A DNA stretch of 64,000 bases. Origin: a virus. Under the pieces are notes generated by a model. The model saw nothing but the letters and a program-made list of their open reading frames with translations, was not told the origin of the DNA and searched no databases. The translations under genes and the position numbers were made by a program. The stretch lies in the IMG/VR virus record IMGVR_UViG_3300025133_009669, positions 23,462-87,461 of that record, one strand, 5' to 3'. This document shows positions 1 through 9,269 of the stretch, piece by piece. Numbering within the stretch: position 1 is the stretch's first letter; each line of letters begins with the position of its first letter.

Positions 1-2191
1 TCTGACGAAAGCCGGAAGATTTCCGATCGGGCTTCTGAGTATGGCTGAAGCTTTTTTTAAAGAGCATAAGATTGAGTATAAAGTCAAAGATTTAAGGTCA
101 AAGATAAAATATGGACCTGAGATCCCGTTGGTGGTTGGAGATAAATTTGAAGCCAGAGATTATCAGGATAAGGCGATTGTTAAGGCTTATAAAGCTGGAA
201 GCGGAATTATAAAAATGGCCACAGGCTGTCATGCAAAAGGAACTAAGGTTCTTATGTATGATGGGTCAACGAAGAAAGTAGAAGATATAGTCCCCGGAGA
301 TCAGGTTATGGGCCCTGATTCGAAGCCTAGGGCCGTGCTAGAGCTTTGTCGCGGTAGAGATAGGATGGTAAAAATAATACCCACAAAAGGGCAGCCCTTT
401 ACTATCAATCAAGAGCATATACTATCCTTAAAGCGAACTAAGAGAAAAGCTGGGGATAAGTTCGCCGGAAATATAGAGGATATAAGCTTCTCTGACTGGG
501 AGAAGCTAACTCCCTATGGAAAGCATATTAGAAAGCTATATAGAGTTGGCATAGAATTTCCTAAAAAAGATTTACCTATAGAGCCATATTTTCTGGGATT
601 ATCTCTGGAAAATGGAGATCTTGATTTATCTACAGGCACTACTCCTGGGAGTAAGTTTATACCGAATAAATACAAGACCTCAAATCGAGAAGATAGACTT
701 CAAGTATTGGCAGGCCTTATAGACGCAGGCGGCCATTATAATGGAAGGATTTATGATTATGCATCTAAATCTAAAGAATTAGTTAATGACATAGCATTTA
801 TATCAAGAAGCCTAGGTTTAGCTGCATACATAACAAAGCAGGACAAAATTTGTATGAGCAATGACGTTGCAGGGCGTTATAGGGTAACGATTTCTGGAGA
901 TCTAGACATTATTCCCTGCAGGTTGCCCAGAAAAATTGCAAATCCAAGAAGGCAGAAGAAAAATGTATTAGTTACTGGCTTCAAGTATGAGGAGGCTGGC
1001 GAGGATGACTACTTTGGATTCAAAGTAGATTCCGATAATAGGTATTTGCTGGAAGACTTTACCGTTACTCATAATTCTGGAAAAAGCTTTACAATTGCTT
1101 CGTTAGTCGCAAAATATAATATACCAACTGTAGTTTACGTTATTGGAATCGAACTTCTTTATCAAATGAAAGAAACAATTGAGGCCTCTTATGGAATAGA
1201 GTGCGGAATTGTTGGCGGTGGAGAATGTGACACATCAAAGGCGGTAACTATTATGACTATTTGGTCTGCTGCCGCTGCATTTAATAAGAAGATTAAGATA
1301 ACAGATAACGATACAACTGGAGACTCCAAAAAGCATACAGATAAGCTTAACAAAGAGATGGTTAGGAAGCGAGTTCAAGAAGCTCAGCTTTTCATCTTTG
1401 ATGAATGCCAATATGCAGCATCAGAAACTCTTCAGTTTCTTCATAAGGCTAGCGTGTCCGCAAGACATAGGTTCTTGTTCTCGGGAACGCCCTGGAGAGA
1501 TACTGGCGATGATATTCTGATCGAAGCAGTTTCAGGCCCCAGGATAGTTGACGTTAGCGCTACCTTTTTGATCGAAAAGGGATATCTCGTTCAGCCAAAG
1601 ATTTACTTTTTAGACGTACCAGTGATGAGAGGAGTAGGCAAGACTTACCATGATGTCTATAAGAATTACGTTGTAGAAAATGAAGATAGAAATGATCTAA
1701 TTATAAAAGCAGCAAAGCAGTTAGTGAGGCAGGGCAAGAAGGTGCTCATTCTTGTTGTTCGTGTAGGTCACGGAAATATTCTTTTAGAGAAGCTGCAAGA
1801 TGATTTCCGGATAAAGTTTTTAGATGGAACAAAGTCCTCAAAGCTAAGGATGGAGTCGATAGAGGAGATGAAGGCCGGCAAGCTCGACATAATGATAGCC
1901 TCCAAGATCTTCGATCAGGGGGTTGACATTCCAGATCTTGACGCCTTAATTCTTGCCGGCTCAGGAAAGTCCTCTGGTCGGGCCTTGCAGAGGATTGGTC
2001 GAGTAATTAGAAAAGCGGATGGAAAGAAAAAGGCCATTGTTGTTGAGTTTTTTGATAACTGTAAGTACTTAAGAGATCATTCTGAAGCAAGAATAAAAGT
2101 TTATAGAAGCGAATCAGGATTTGATATTAAGAGGCAGAAGAATAAGGCTCCAATGACCTATCCGAAACGTGCCCCAGTAAAATGGGTTTAG
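1..2191 (+). CDS. SF2 (UvsW/XPB-like) DNA helicase with intein; 5'-truncated by window edge
   Basis: Q-motif RDYQ, Walker A ATG|SGKS interrupted by an intein, DECQ (motif II), SGTP (III), QRIGRVIR (VI); the frame is open upstream of the ATG at 41 to the window start. Confidence 0.9.
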   Translation, partial: LTKAGRFPIGLLSMAEAFFKEHKIEYKVKDLRSKIKYGPEIPLVVGDKFEARDYQDKAIVKAYKAGSGIIKMATGCHAKGTKVLMYDGSTKKVEDIVPGDQVMGPDSKPRAVLELCRGRDRMVKIIPTKGQPFTINQEHILSLKRTKRKAGDKFAGNIEDISFSDWEKLTPYGKHIRKLYRVGIEFPKKDLPIEPYFLGLSLENGDLDLSTGTTPGSKFIPNKYKTSNREDRLQVLAGLIDAGGHYNGRIYDYASKSKELVNDIAFISRSLGLAAYITKQDKICMSNDVAGRYRVTISGDLDIIPCRLPRKIANPRRQKKNVLVTGFKYEEAGEDDYFGFKVDSDNRYLLEDFTVTHNSGKSFTIASLVAKYNIPTVVYVIGIELLYQMKETIEASYGIECGIVGGGECDTSKAVTIMTIWSAAAAFNKKIKITDNDTTGDSKKHTDKLNKEMVRKRVQEAQLFIFDECQYAASETLQFLHKASVSARHRFLFSGTPWRDTGDDILIEAVSGPRIVDVSATFLIEKGYLVQPKIYFLDVPVMRGVGKTYHDVYKNYVVENEDRNDLIIKAAKQLVRQGKKVLILVVRVGHGNILLEKLQDDFRIKFLDGTKSSKLRMESIEEMKAGKLDIMIASKIFDQGVDIPDLDALILAGSGKSSGRALQRIGRVIRKADGKKKAIVVEFFDNCKYLRDHSEARIKVYRSESGFDIKRQKNKAPMTYPKRAPVKWV
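227..1075 (+). mobile_element. Intein (283 aa) in helicase Walker A with shortened LAGLIDADG domain
   Basis: Starts CHAKGTKVLMYDG, ends VTHN followed by Ser; contains LAGLIDAGG; removal restores MATG-SGKS. Confidence 0.92.
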
Positions 2192-2281
2192 CCCTACTGT
2201 CTTAGCTGCAAGACAAAATATCTGTAAATTTATAGGTCCTATCTGATTTTTCCCGTATGATATATCCATCGGGAGGGCCCT

Positions 2282-2881
2282 ATGGATCAAGACGAATTTT
2301 ATCAAAAAATTCCAGAATGGATTTCCAAGCCTAAGGATACGTGGAATCACATAACTCTTATGGCGTACTTTTGTCACAAGTATGAAAAAGTACACGGAGT
2401 TCGGTTTAGGCTGGTCAGATGGCAATCTGACCCAGGAAAAGGAAAAGAAAGTAGGGACTTCGCCAAGTTATTCAAAACATTGGCGCCAGAAGGCTATTCT
2501 GCACTTCCTGCGTTAAAGAAGAAAGAGATAAGAGCTCAAACAAACATCAAGATATATAACTATATAAATTGGATTTTTGATTATAAGTTTAGGCGTGGCG
2601 ATCGTTCTGTTACAGGAACAAAACTTTTTCTTTTGCCATCCATGATTAATGAATTTGAAAGAATGTACTCTACTTTCTTAAAGAAAAAGCAGTCAACAAA
2701 TAAATTCGAGATTCTTCTAAAATGGGCAAAGCTGGAGACTCCGACAATATTTGAGCATCATCAGGTTGAACATCCTGAGGATGTAGGTATGATAAAAACA
2801 TATGCGGAAAGCTATCATTTGGAAGACGGTTCTGTTGAGCTTATGTTTTTAGATAAGGCCAAAGGATTAGGTTTAATATGA
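2282..2881 (+). CDS. Hypothetical protein in replication cluster
   Basis: 199-aa ORF with GGAGG RBS, overlaps the next gene (ATGA). Confidence 0.7.
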   Translation: MDQDEFYQKIPEWISKPKDTWNHITLMAYFCHKYEKVHGVRFRLVRWQSDPGKGKESRDFAKLFKTLAPEGYSALPALKKKEIRAQTNIKIYNYINWIFDYKFRRGDRSVTGTKLFLLPSMINEFERMYSTFLKKKQSTNKFEILLKWAKLETPTIFEHHQVEHPEDVGMIKTYAESYHLEDGSVELMFLDKAKGLGLI

Positions 2882-3324
2882 AGGAAAAGAAAACTCTAGA
2901 AAATATGGAGGTGACCCTCTATATGGACGGAGGTTGGGAAGTCTCTGGAAAGGTGGAAAAGGTAGACCCCGATAAATTTATTATCGAAAGCAATGGCTCT
3001 CTCGTTATGGCCTTTAGAGATAAAATCTCATGCTTGGCAGTCTCTGAAGGACAGAGGGCAGCCAAGCCAGGGCCCGCTGTTCAATTCCAGCAAAAGAAGG
3101 ACGAGCAACCAGAGGACTTAGAAGGCCCCTTTCCGATGAATGGTCTAATGTATGATGAGACCTCTATGTCTATTCCTGCTACTCTTCTTGGCAAGTCTAG
3201 GGCTCAATTTGATTCTGATGATGACTTATCTGTCTTTTATCCAGGCGGAGCAGGGATCTCTGATTCAAAGGATGGCTCTAGCTCTAATATCTCTTTCGGA
3301 ATAGAAGATGATTCCGAAGAATAA
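2878..3324 (+). CDS. Hypothetical protein, possibly Sm/Hfq-like N-terminal fold
   Basis: VTLYMDGGWEVSGKVEKVDPDKFIIE...MAFRDKISC resembles an Sm-fold pattern; acidic low-complexity tail. Confidence 0.45.
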   Translation: MKEKKTLENMEVTLYMDGGWEVSGKVEKVDPDKFIIESNGSLVMAFRDKISCLAVSEGQRAAKPGPAVQFQQKKDEQPEDLEGPFPMNGLMYDETSMSIPATLLGKSRAQFDSDDDLSVFYPGGAGISDSKDGSSSNISFGIEDDSEE

Positions 3325-3985
3325 GCTGGACAGAATAAAGGAAAAGGTATTGGCGGAATGCGATAGCTGCTCCAGAGAGGGGTGCCCTAGGTGCTTGTCT
3401 AAGGCGTCAAGGCTTGACCGATACTATATTGCGGATATTCCTGTGGAATATTGGTCGCTTTCTTTCAGGGATTTTGCCGGTGATCCGAACTTTAAAGCCT
3501 TAATAAAAGAAAAGATGAAGAATATAGACTCCCTATATGATTCGGGTAAATCTTTTATGTTCGCTGGAAATCTTGGAACCGGAAAAACGTATACCGCATG
3601 TTGCATCTTAAAAAGGGCTGTGAGCACAGGCTATTCTGGCCTTTATACTACAATGGCAGATGTTGTAGCAAATATGTTATCTCGCGAAATTGATACTTCA
3701 AGATATTATGCAGAATTAACTGGAAAGGACTTCTTGGTTATTGATGAATTTAGTTCACATTGGATCTTTCCATCAGAAAAAGCAGAGCAACTATTCGGGA
3801 CTTCAATAGAGTATGTCTTAAGAACTAGGTTTCAAAATCAGCTACCAACGATACTGTGTACAAACGATAGCGATGTAGACAAGATCTTTGGAGGCTTTAA
3901 CGCTAAGTCATTTAAATCACTACGCAGTCATCATGTAGAATTTTTCGTCGTAGGCGGAAAAGATCATAGGAGAAAGAATGCTTGA
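3308..3985 (+). CDS. DnaC/IstB-like AAA+ helicase loader
   Basis: N-terminal CxxC-CxxC, Walker A GNLGTGKT, Walker B LVIDE, R...PTILCTN; directly upstream of DnaB. Confidence 0.85.
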   Translation: MIPKNKLDRIKEKVLAECDSCSREGCPRCLSKASRLDRYYIADIPVEYWSLSFRDFAGDPNFKALIKEKMKNIDSLYDSGKSFMFAGNLGTGKTYTACCILKRAVSTGYSGLYTTMADVVANMLSREIDTSRYYAELTGKDFLVIDEFSSHWIFPSEKAEQLFGTSIEYVLRTRFQNQLPTILCTNDSDVDKIFGGFNAKSFKSLRSHHVEFFVVGGKDHRRKNA

Positions 3986-5345
3986 TGCCAAAATTTTAAA
4001 TTGGATGATGCAAGGTTCCTCCAATTTGAATGACGTATATAGAGAAGTTCAGCCAGACCTCCTTAGGTCTATCTTTCTTTCGAAATATAAGGCTAGCTTT
4101 ATTAGTATTGACGATTATTATTCGAGACATAAAATTCCGCCTTCTTATACAGTTCTTAAGAAGATCCTTATTAATGAAGGTGAAGATCCGGACATTCTCG
4201 ATTTTGTCGAAGACAAGGAGTGTCAGGGAAATGAGGTAGGCTTTTATCTCGATGAGATTAAGCAAAGATATAATAAGTTTTTAATCGCAAAGCTTGCAGA
4301 GAAGGCCGAAGAAATAGAGGAGAATGACGAGGGCCTAGAGGACTTTAATGATGAGCTGAAAAAAACCATCTCTAAGACGGAAAGGCTTTATAAGAGCGAT
4401 GTTTTTACTCAAGGAGATATAACTGATTCTGTAGGCCAGAGGATTGACAACTATCTGTATACAAAAGAGAATCCTGATGAGATCAAAGGCTTTCTTTCTG
4501 GCTATCAAGAGATAGATGATTATACATGGGGAGTTAAAGACTCTGAAATGTTAGTGATAGCTGGAGCGAGCTCATCTGGCAAGTCTATGTTAATGCAGTG
4601 TATGGCTGTTAATGCGTGGCTTGGCAGCAACGTTCCATCCGAAGGAATTGTTGGTCATAATGACGGGAAAGACGTACTTATGATTACTCTTGAGATGAGT
4701 AAGAAGCAATATGAGGCGCGAGTAGACGCAAACGTCGCCAAGGTTAGGCATAGAGGAATTGTCCGAGCGCAATTATCTGCCGAAGAGAAGCTTCGATGGG
4801 ATAGCTGCCTTGAGTTCCAAAAGAATTATGATAAAAAATTCTATATATTGGATATGCCTCGCGGAACTACGATGGGTGAAATTGAAGCAAAATATGAAAC
4901 GTTGCTTGGCGAATTTACTCCTGATGCAGTATTTATAGATTACCTGCAGCTAATGAAACCGACGGTTGGGCAGAAGGGCCAAGACTGGCTGGACGTAGGC
5001 CATGTCTCGGAAGAATTGCATGAATTTTGCAGAAAGAAAAATAAGCCAGTCGTAACTGCTGCTCAGAGGAAGACTGCACAGAAGAAGTCTGGAGGAAAAA
5101 GAATTGATGACGTAAATCTTGAAGACTTAGGGCGAAGCAAGATGATTGGAGATAATGCGGCGATCGTAATGATCATTGCAAATCGAGAAGACGAGCATCT
5201 TAGAGAAGACATGGAAATTCATCTAGTAAAGAATAGAGATGGAGCAAAGGGAAAGGTTCTTCTGCGAAAAGATTTTGCAAGATCCCGCATAGAAGCACTT
5301 CCTGATAATTGGACAGAGAGCTTTGGCGAGGAAAATGAACTCTAA
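3978..5345 (+). CDS. dnaB: Replicative DNA helicase, DnaB family
   Basis: GASSSGKS, ITLEM, FIDYLQLM, VTAAQ, KNRDG motifs. Confidence 0.9.
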   Translation: MLDAKILNWMMQGSSNLNDVYREVQPDLLRSIFLSKYKASFISIDDYYSRHKIPPSYTVLKKILINEGEDPDILDFVEDKECQGNEVGFYLDEIKQRYNKFLIAKLAEKAEEIEENDEGLEDFNDELKKTISKTERLYKSDVFTQGDITDSVGQRIDNYLYTKENPDEIKGFLSGYQEIDDYTWGVKDSEMLVIAGASSSGKSMLMQCMAVNAWLGSNVPSEGIVGHNDGKDVLMITLEMSKKQYEARVDANVAKVRHRGIVRAQLSAEEKLRWDSCLEFQKNYDKKFYILDMPRGTTMGEIEAKYETLLGEFTPDAVFIDYLQLMKPTVGQKGQDWLDVGHVSEELHEFCRKKNKPVVTAAQRKTAQKKSGGKRIDDVNLEDLGRSKMIGDNAAIVMIIANREDEHLREDMEIHLVKNRDGAKGKVLLRKDFARSRIEALPDNWTESFGEENEL

Positions 5346-5828
5346 TAATAAGATCTTGAAAACATTAAGAAAAGATGACATCGTGGTGATTGAGACTAGC
5401 TTAGATATAAGCTATGGAGAGGCCGCAAGATACCTTATAAGGAAAGTCGATAAAAAGAGTCGATCATTATCGGTTTTATCTTTAGAGCCTTTTTTCTTTG
5501 GAAAAGAGCAAGTAGAGGCCCCGGTTCTAATGATGCCTTTTTCGATGATCAAGAAGATCAAGCACGGAAACAAAAATGATCTCTTGTTCCTGTTTGATCA
5601 GATTAAAAATCCGCACATTATGGAGGCAATCAGGGGTCTTAAATGAGAGAGGATAAAGTTGGGCATATAAAGAACATAATGTTTGATGATGAAACGAAAA
5701 ATATGGAAATAACCCTTATCATAACAGACAATAAGTTTAAGAAAAAAATTCTGAGAGACTTTTCTCTAGCAGGAAAGCTTAAGTTTGAGGAAGACAAAGT
5801 GATCTACATTACTAATATAACGGAATAA
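5323..5828 (+). CDS. Two small hypothetical proteins (5323-5646, 5643-5828)
   Basis: Overlapping co-oriented ORFs in an operon-like run. Confidence 0.6.
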
Positions 5829-5832
5829 ACTA

Positions 5833-6120
5833 ATGGCTATCTATAAATATAGATGTAACCTCTGCTCCTCTGTAGAGGTATTTAATATTTCTATAAAAAA
5901 ATATGCGCAGTTAAGTCAGGAAGACGCTTTTGGCAAGATGATTTGCAAGAATTGTAACAAATTATCTGAGTTCACCAGAACCTTTGGGGTCTCTTCTAGT
6001 AAGATAGAAAAAGACAGAGAGGAGACGATGAGGCAGATAAAGGAAGACTCTAGAAGGATTGTTCAGAGTATTAAAAGCGGAAACACAAAAACCATCAGAA
6101 ATATTTACGGAGAAGAATAA
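5833..6120 (+). CDS. FmdB-like zinc-ribbon protein
   Basis: MAIYKYRCNLC...CKNC N-terminal pattern. Confidence 0.7.
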   Translation: MAIYKYRCNLCSSVEVFNISIKKYAQLSQEDAFGKMICKNCNKLSEFTRTFGVSSSKIEKDREETMRQIKEDSRRIVQSIKSGNTKTIRNIYGEE

Positions 6121-8039
6121 TGCCGCGGAAGAAAAAGAAGAGTCTTTTGGAGGCTCTGAGCAGCCACGTTAACGCAGAAAGCGCCTTGGAGTGGGAGGGT
6201 ACTTTGGCCGAGTATGTGGAGATGATTGTAGAGAGTCCCAGCCTGCATAGAAGCGCTCACCAGCGAGTTCTCGATATGATTGAGCTTGCTGGAACCGAAA
6301 GAAATGAGGATGGACTTATTACTAAGTATAAGTTTTTTGAGCAAGACTTATTTGGAATTGAAGAGTCTATTTCTGAGATAATGTCATATCTTCGGGCAGC
6401 GGCAGCCGGAAGTGAAGTCTCTAGGCGGATCCTTCTTATGTACGGCCCCACTTCATCCGGAAAGTCTCAGCTTGCAGTTCTCTTAAAGAAGGGTCTTGAG
6501 CATTACTCTAAGACAGACGCAGGAAGGACCTACTGCCTAACTGATTCTCCGATGTATGAGGATCCCCTGTGTGCGATTCCAATGGAGTTGCGCCCCAGGT
6601 TCAAAGAGGAGTATGGAATTAAGATAGACGGAGTTCTTAGTCCATACATGGATCTCGTTCTCAGGGAGACTTATGGCGGAGACTTCCTCAAGCTCCCCGT
6701 TAAGCGATTCTTTTTCTCAGAACAGTCCCGAGTTGGAATCGGAACCTTTGTTCCATCAGATAAGAAGAGCCAAGATATTTCAGAGCTAGTTGGCTCCATG
6801 GATCTTAGTAAGATTGGAGAATATGGCTCAGAATCAGACCCTAGAGCGTATCGATTCGACGGAGAGCTAAACGTAGCAAATCGAGGTGTTATGGAATTCG
6901 TTGAGATGCTCAAGGTAGATCAGAAGTTCCTATATGTGCTCTTAACTCTTGCGCAAGAAAAGAATATCAAGACTGGCCGCTTCCCATTTATATATGCCGA
7001 TGAGTTCTTGCTTGCACATAGTAATGAGACCGAGTACATGAGGTTCTTGGCAAAGGATGAAATGGAAGCGCTTCATGATAGGATTATTGTTGTCAAGGTT
7101 CCTTACAACCTAACTGTTTCAGAGGAAATAAGGATTTACGAGAAGCTAATTGGCCAAGCACGGTTTGACGGAGTTCATATTGCACCATATACACTACATT
7201 GCGCAGCAATGTTCGCAGTTCTGTCTCGTCTAAAGGATTCAAAGCATGAAGGTCTAACCAACTTGAGCAAGATGAAGCTTTACGATGGAGAAGATGTAGA
7301 GGGATTCTCCAAGGTTGATGTTCCTGTTCTTAAACGAGAGTTTGATGCGGAAGGTATGACTGGCGTTTCTCCGAGATATGTTATAAACAGAATTTCTTCG
7401 ATGCTAGCAGAAGAAGGATCTGATTGCGTCACTCCAATCGACGTGATTAGGGCAATTCGAGATGGCTTTAGCAGCAACCCCAAGCTAGATAGAAAAGAAA
7501 TCGACAGACTAGAGAACATTCTTACTACAGTTATTGAAGAATATAGCAAGATGGCTAGAAATGAGGTTCAAAAGGCATTCTTCGTCAACTTTGAAGAAGA
7601 AGTTCAGAGTCTGCTTTCAAATTACATGGATCATGTAGGAGCATATCTTGATAACACTAATCTTCTAGATGATTGGGGTGAGCCGAGCGAACCTAATGAA
7701 AGGCTTATGCGCTCAATTGAAGAGAAGGTTGGTATTTCCGAGACAGGAAAGAAGTCTTTCCGCCAAGAAGTCTACCGTAAGATGCTTCGCTCTGCCTCTG
7801 CAGGGGGCAAGGATTACAACTACAAGGATCACGTCAAGCTTCGTGAGGCTCTGGAGAAGCAGCTCTTCGATGAGAGGCAGGATGTAATTAGGCTAACTGT
7901 TAGCACAAGAAACCCCGATGAGGACGAGCTAAAGAAAATTAATGTTGTAATAAAGACTCTATGCGATAAGCATGGATACACCGCTAAGAGCGCGAATAAG
8001 CTGTTGAGGTACGTAAGCTCATTGATGGCCAGGAACTAA
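6120..8039 (+). CDS. prkA: PrkA/YeaG-family AAA+ serine kinase/ATPase
   Basis: ILLMYGPTSSGKS, SDPRAYRFDGELNVANRGVMEFVEMLK, AHSNETEY, EALHDRI, GVSPRYV. Confidence 0.93.
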   Translation: MPRKKKKSLLEALSSHVNAESALEWEGTLAEYVEMIVESPSLHRSAHQRVLDMIELAGTERNEDGLITKYKFFEQDLFGIEESISEIMSYLRAAAAGSEVSRRILLMYGPTSSGKSQLAVLLKKGLEHYSKTDAGRTYCLTDSPMYEDPLCAIPMELRPRFKEEYGIKIDGVLSPYMDLVLRETYGGDFLKLPVKRFFFSEQSRVGIGTFVPSDKKSQDISELVGSMDLSKIGEYGSESDPRAYRFDGELNVANRGVMEFVEMLKVDQKFLYVLLTLAQEKNIKTGRFPFIYADEFLLAHSNETEYMRFLAKDEMEALHDRIIVVKVPYNLTVSEEIRIYEKLIGQARFDGVHIAPYTLHCAAMFAVLSRLKDSKHEGLTNLSKMKLYDGEDVEGFSKVDVPVLKREFDAEGMTGVSPRYVINRISSMLAEEGSDCVTPIDVIRAIRDGFSSNPKLDRKEIDRLENILTTVIEEYSKMARNEVQKAFFVNFEEEVQSLLSNYMDHVGAYLDNTNLLDDWGEPSEPNERLMRSIEEKVGISETGKKSFRQEVYRKMLRSASAGGKDYNYKDHVKLREALEKQLFDERQDVIRLTVSTRNPDEDELKKINVVIKTLCDKHGYTAKSANKLLRYVSSLMARN

Positions 8040-8040
8040 C

Positions 8041-9228
8041 ATGTCCAAAAAGTCAGGTACAGGCGAAGGCCTGTCAGACATATGGAGGCTTAAGCAAAGA
8101 GGAAAGAGAGACTCCGATAGGCATAAAAAGCTTATCAACGATGCCATTAGGAAGAACGGAAAGGATCTGATTACAGAATATAATATTATTCAATCAGATG
8201 GCGATAAAAAGATTAAAGTTCCAATTCGTTTTTTGGATCGCTATAAGTTTAAATATGGAAAGCTTAAGGATAGATCTGGAACAGGTCAGGGGCTTGACGT
8301 AAATTCTGGGGATAAATACCGAATAAAAAAAGGCAAGAAAAAGGCCAAAGCAGGAAATAAGGCAGGAGACAAAGAGGGAGAGATTGCTTTTGAGGCAGAA
8401 GTTTCTATAGACGAGCTTGTAGATATTCTTTTGGATGAACTAAACCTTCCTTGGATGGAGCCGAATAAAAGTTCTGCAATAGAAGTAGAGACGGAAGAGC
8501 TAGCCTCTGTGGAAAGAAAGGGTATATATCCAGATTTAGATCTAAAGAAAACATTGATCGAAAATCTAAGGCGAAATGCGGCCAAGGGTGACGCCAAAAT
8601 TGGTGGGATTAATGAAAACGACTTAAGATATAGGTCGTGGGAGACTAACACAGAATATCATTCAAATGCTGCGGTATATCTTATGATGGATCGAAGCGGC
8701 TCTATGAGTGAAGAGAAGCGTTATATAGCCAAGAGCTTTTACTTTTGGATGGTCCAGTTTCTCAAAAGACGATATAAGAAGATAACCCTGGTTTTTATTG
8801 CTCACGACACCAAAGCTCATAAGGTAGAGGAGAAGGACTTCTTTAACGTTACAAGCGGAGGCGGCACCAAGTGTAGCTCTGCCTTTAAGATGGCGTACGA
8901 ACATATGGTCGCAAACCATCCTCCTGAGACATATAATAACTACGTTTTTGAATTTTCAGACGGAGATAATTTTGGCGTTGACAACCAATTGGTCTTAGAG
9001 TATGTAGAGAAGATGCTGCCACTTGTTCGGGCTATAGGCTATGGTGAAATTATTCCAGATGACGAATACACATGGAGCACTGAAGAGAATCGGCTATCAA
9101 CTCTTTTAGAAAAAGAGGTAAAGAGAACGAGGTTTGTTTCTATTCGAGTTACCTCTAGAGATCAGGTTTTTGATGCGCTTAAAATGTTCTTTAATATCGA
9201 TGGTAAGGCTGTAAAGGCAAAAACATAA
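8041..9228 (+). CDS. yeaH: YeaH/YhbH (DUF444) vWA-domain protein
   Basis: DRHK, DLRYR, MMDRSGSM (MIDAS), FIAHDT, SGGGTKCSSA, FSDGDN; follows prkA. Confidence 0.92.
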   Translation: MSKKSGTGEGLSDIWRLKQRGKRDSDRHKKLINDAIRKNGKDLITEYNIIQSDGDKKIKVPIRFLDRYKFKYGKLKDRSGTGQGLDVNSGDKYRIKKGKKKAKAGNKAGDKEGEIAFEAEVSIDELVDILLDELNLPWMEPNKSSAIEVETEELASVERKGIYPDLDLKKTLIENLRRNAAKGDAKIGGINENDLRYRSWETNTEYHSNAAVYLMMDRSGSMSEEKRYIAKSFYFWMVQFLKRRYKKITLVFIAHDTKAHKVEEKDFFNVTSGGGTKCSSAFKMAYEHMVANHPPETYNNYVFEFSDGDNFGVDNQLVLEYVEKMLPLVRAIGYGEIIPDDEYTWSTEENRLSTLLEKEVKRTRFVSIRVTSRDQVFDALKMFFNIDGKAVKAKT

Positions 9229-9269
9229 ATATATAGCGTTTAATTGTCACGGTTTAGCGGTCTGAATCA

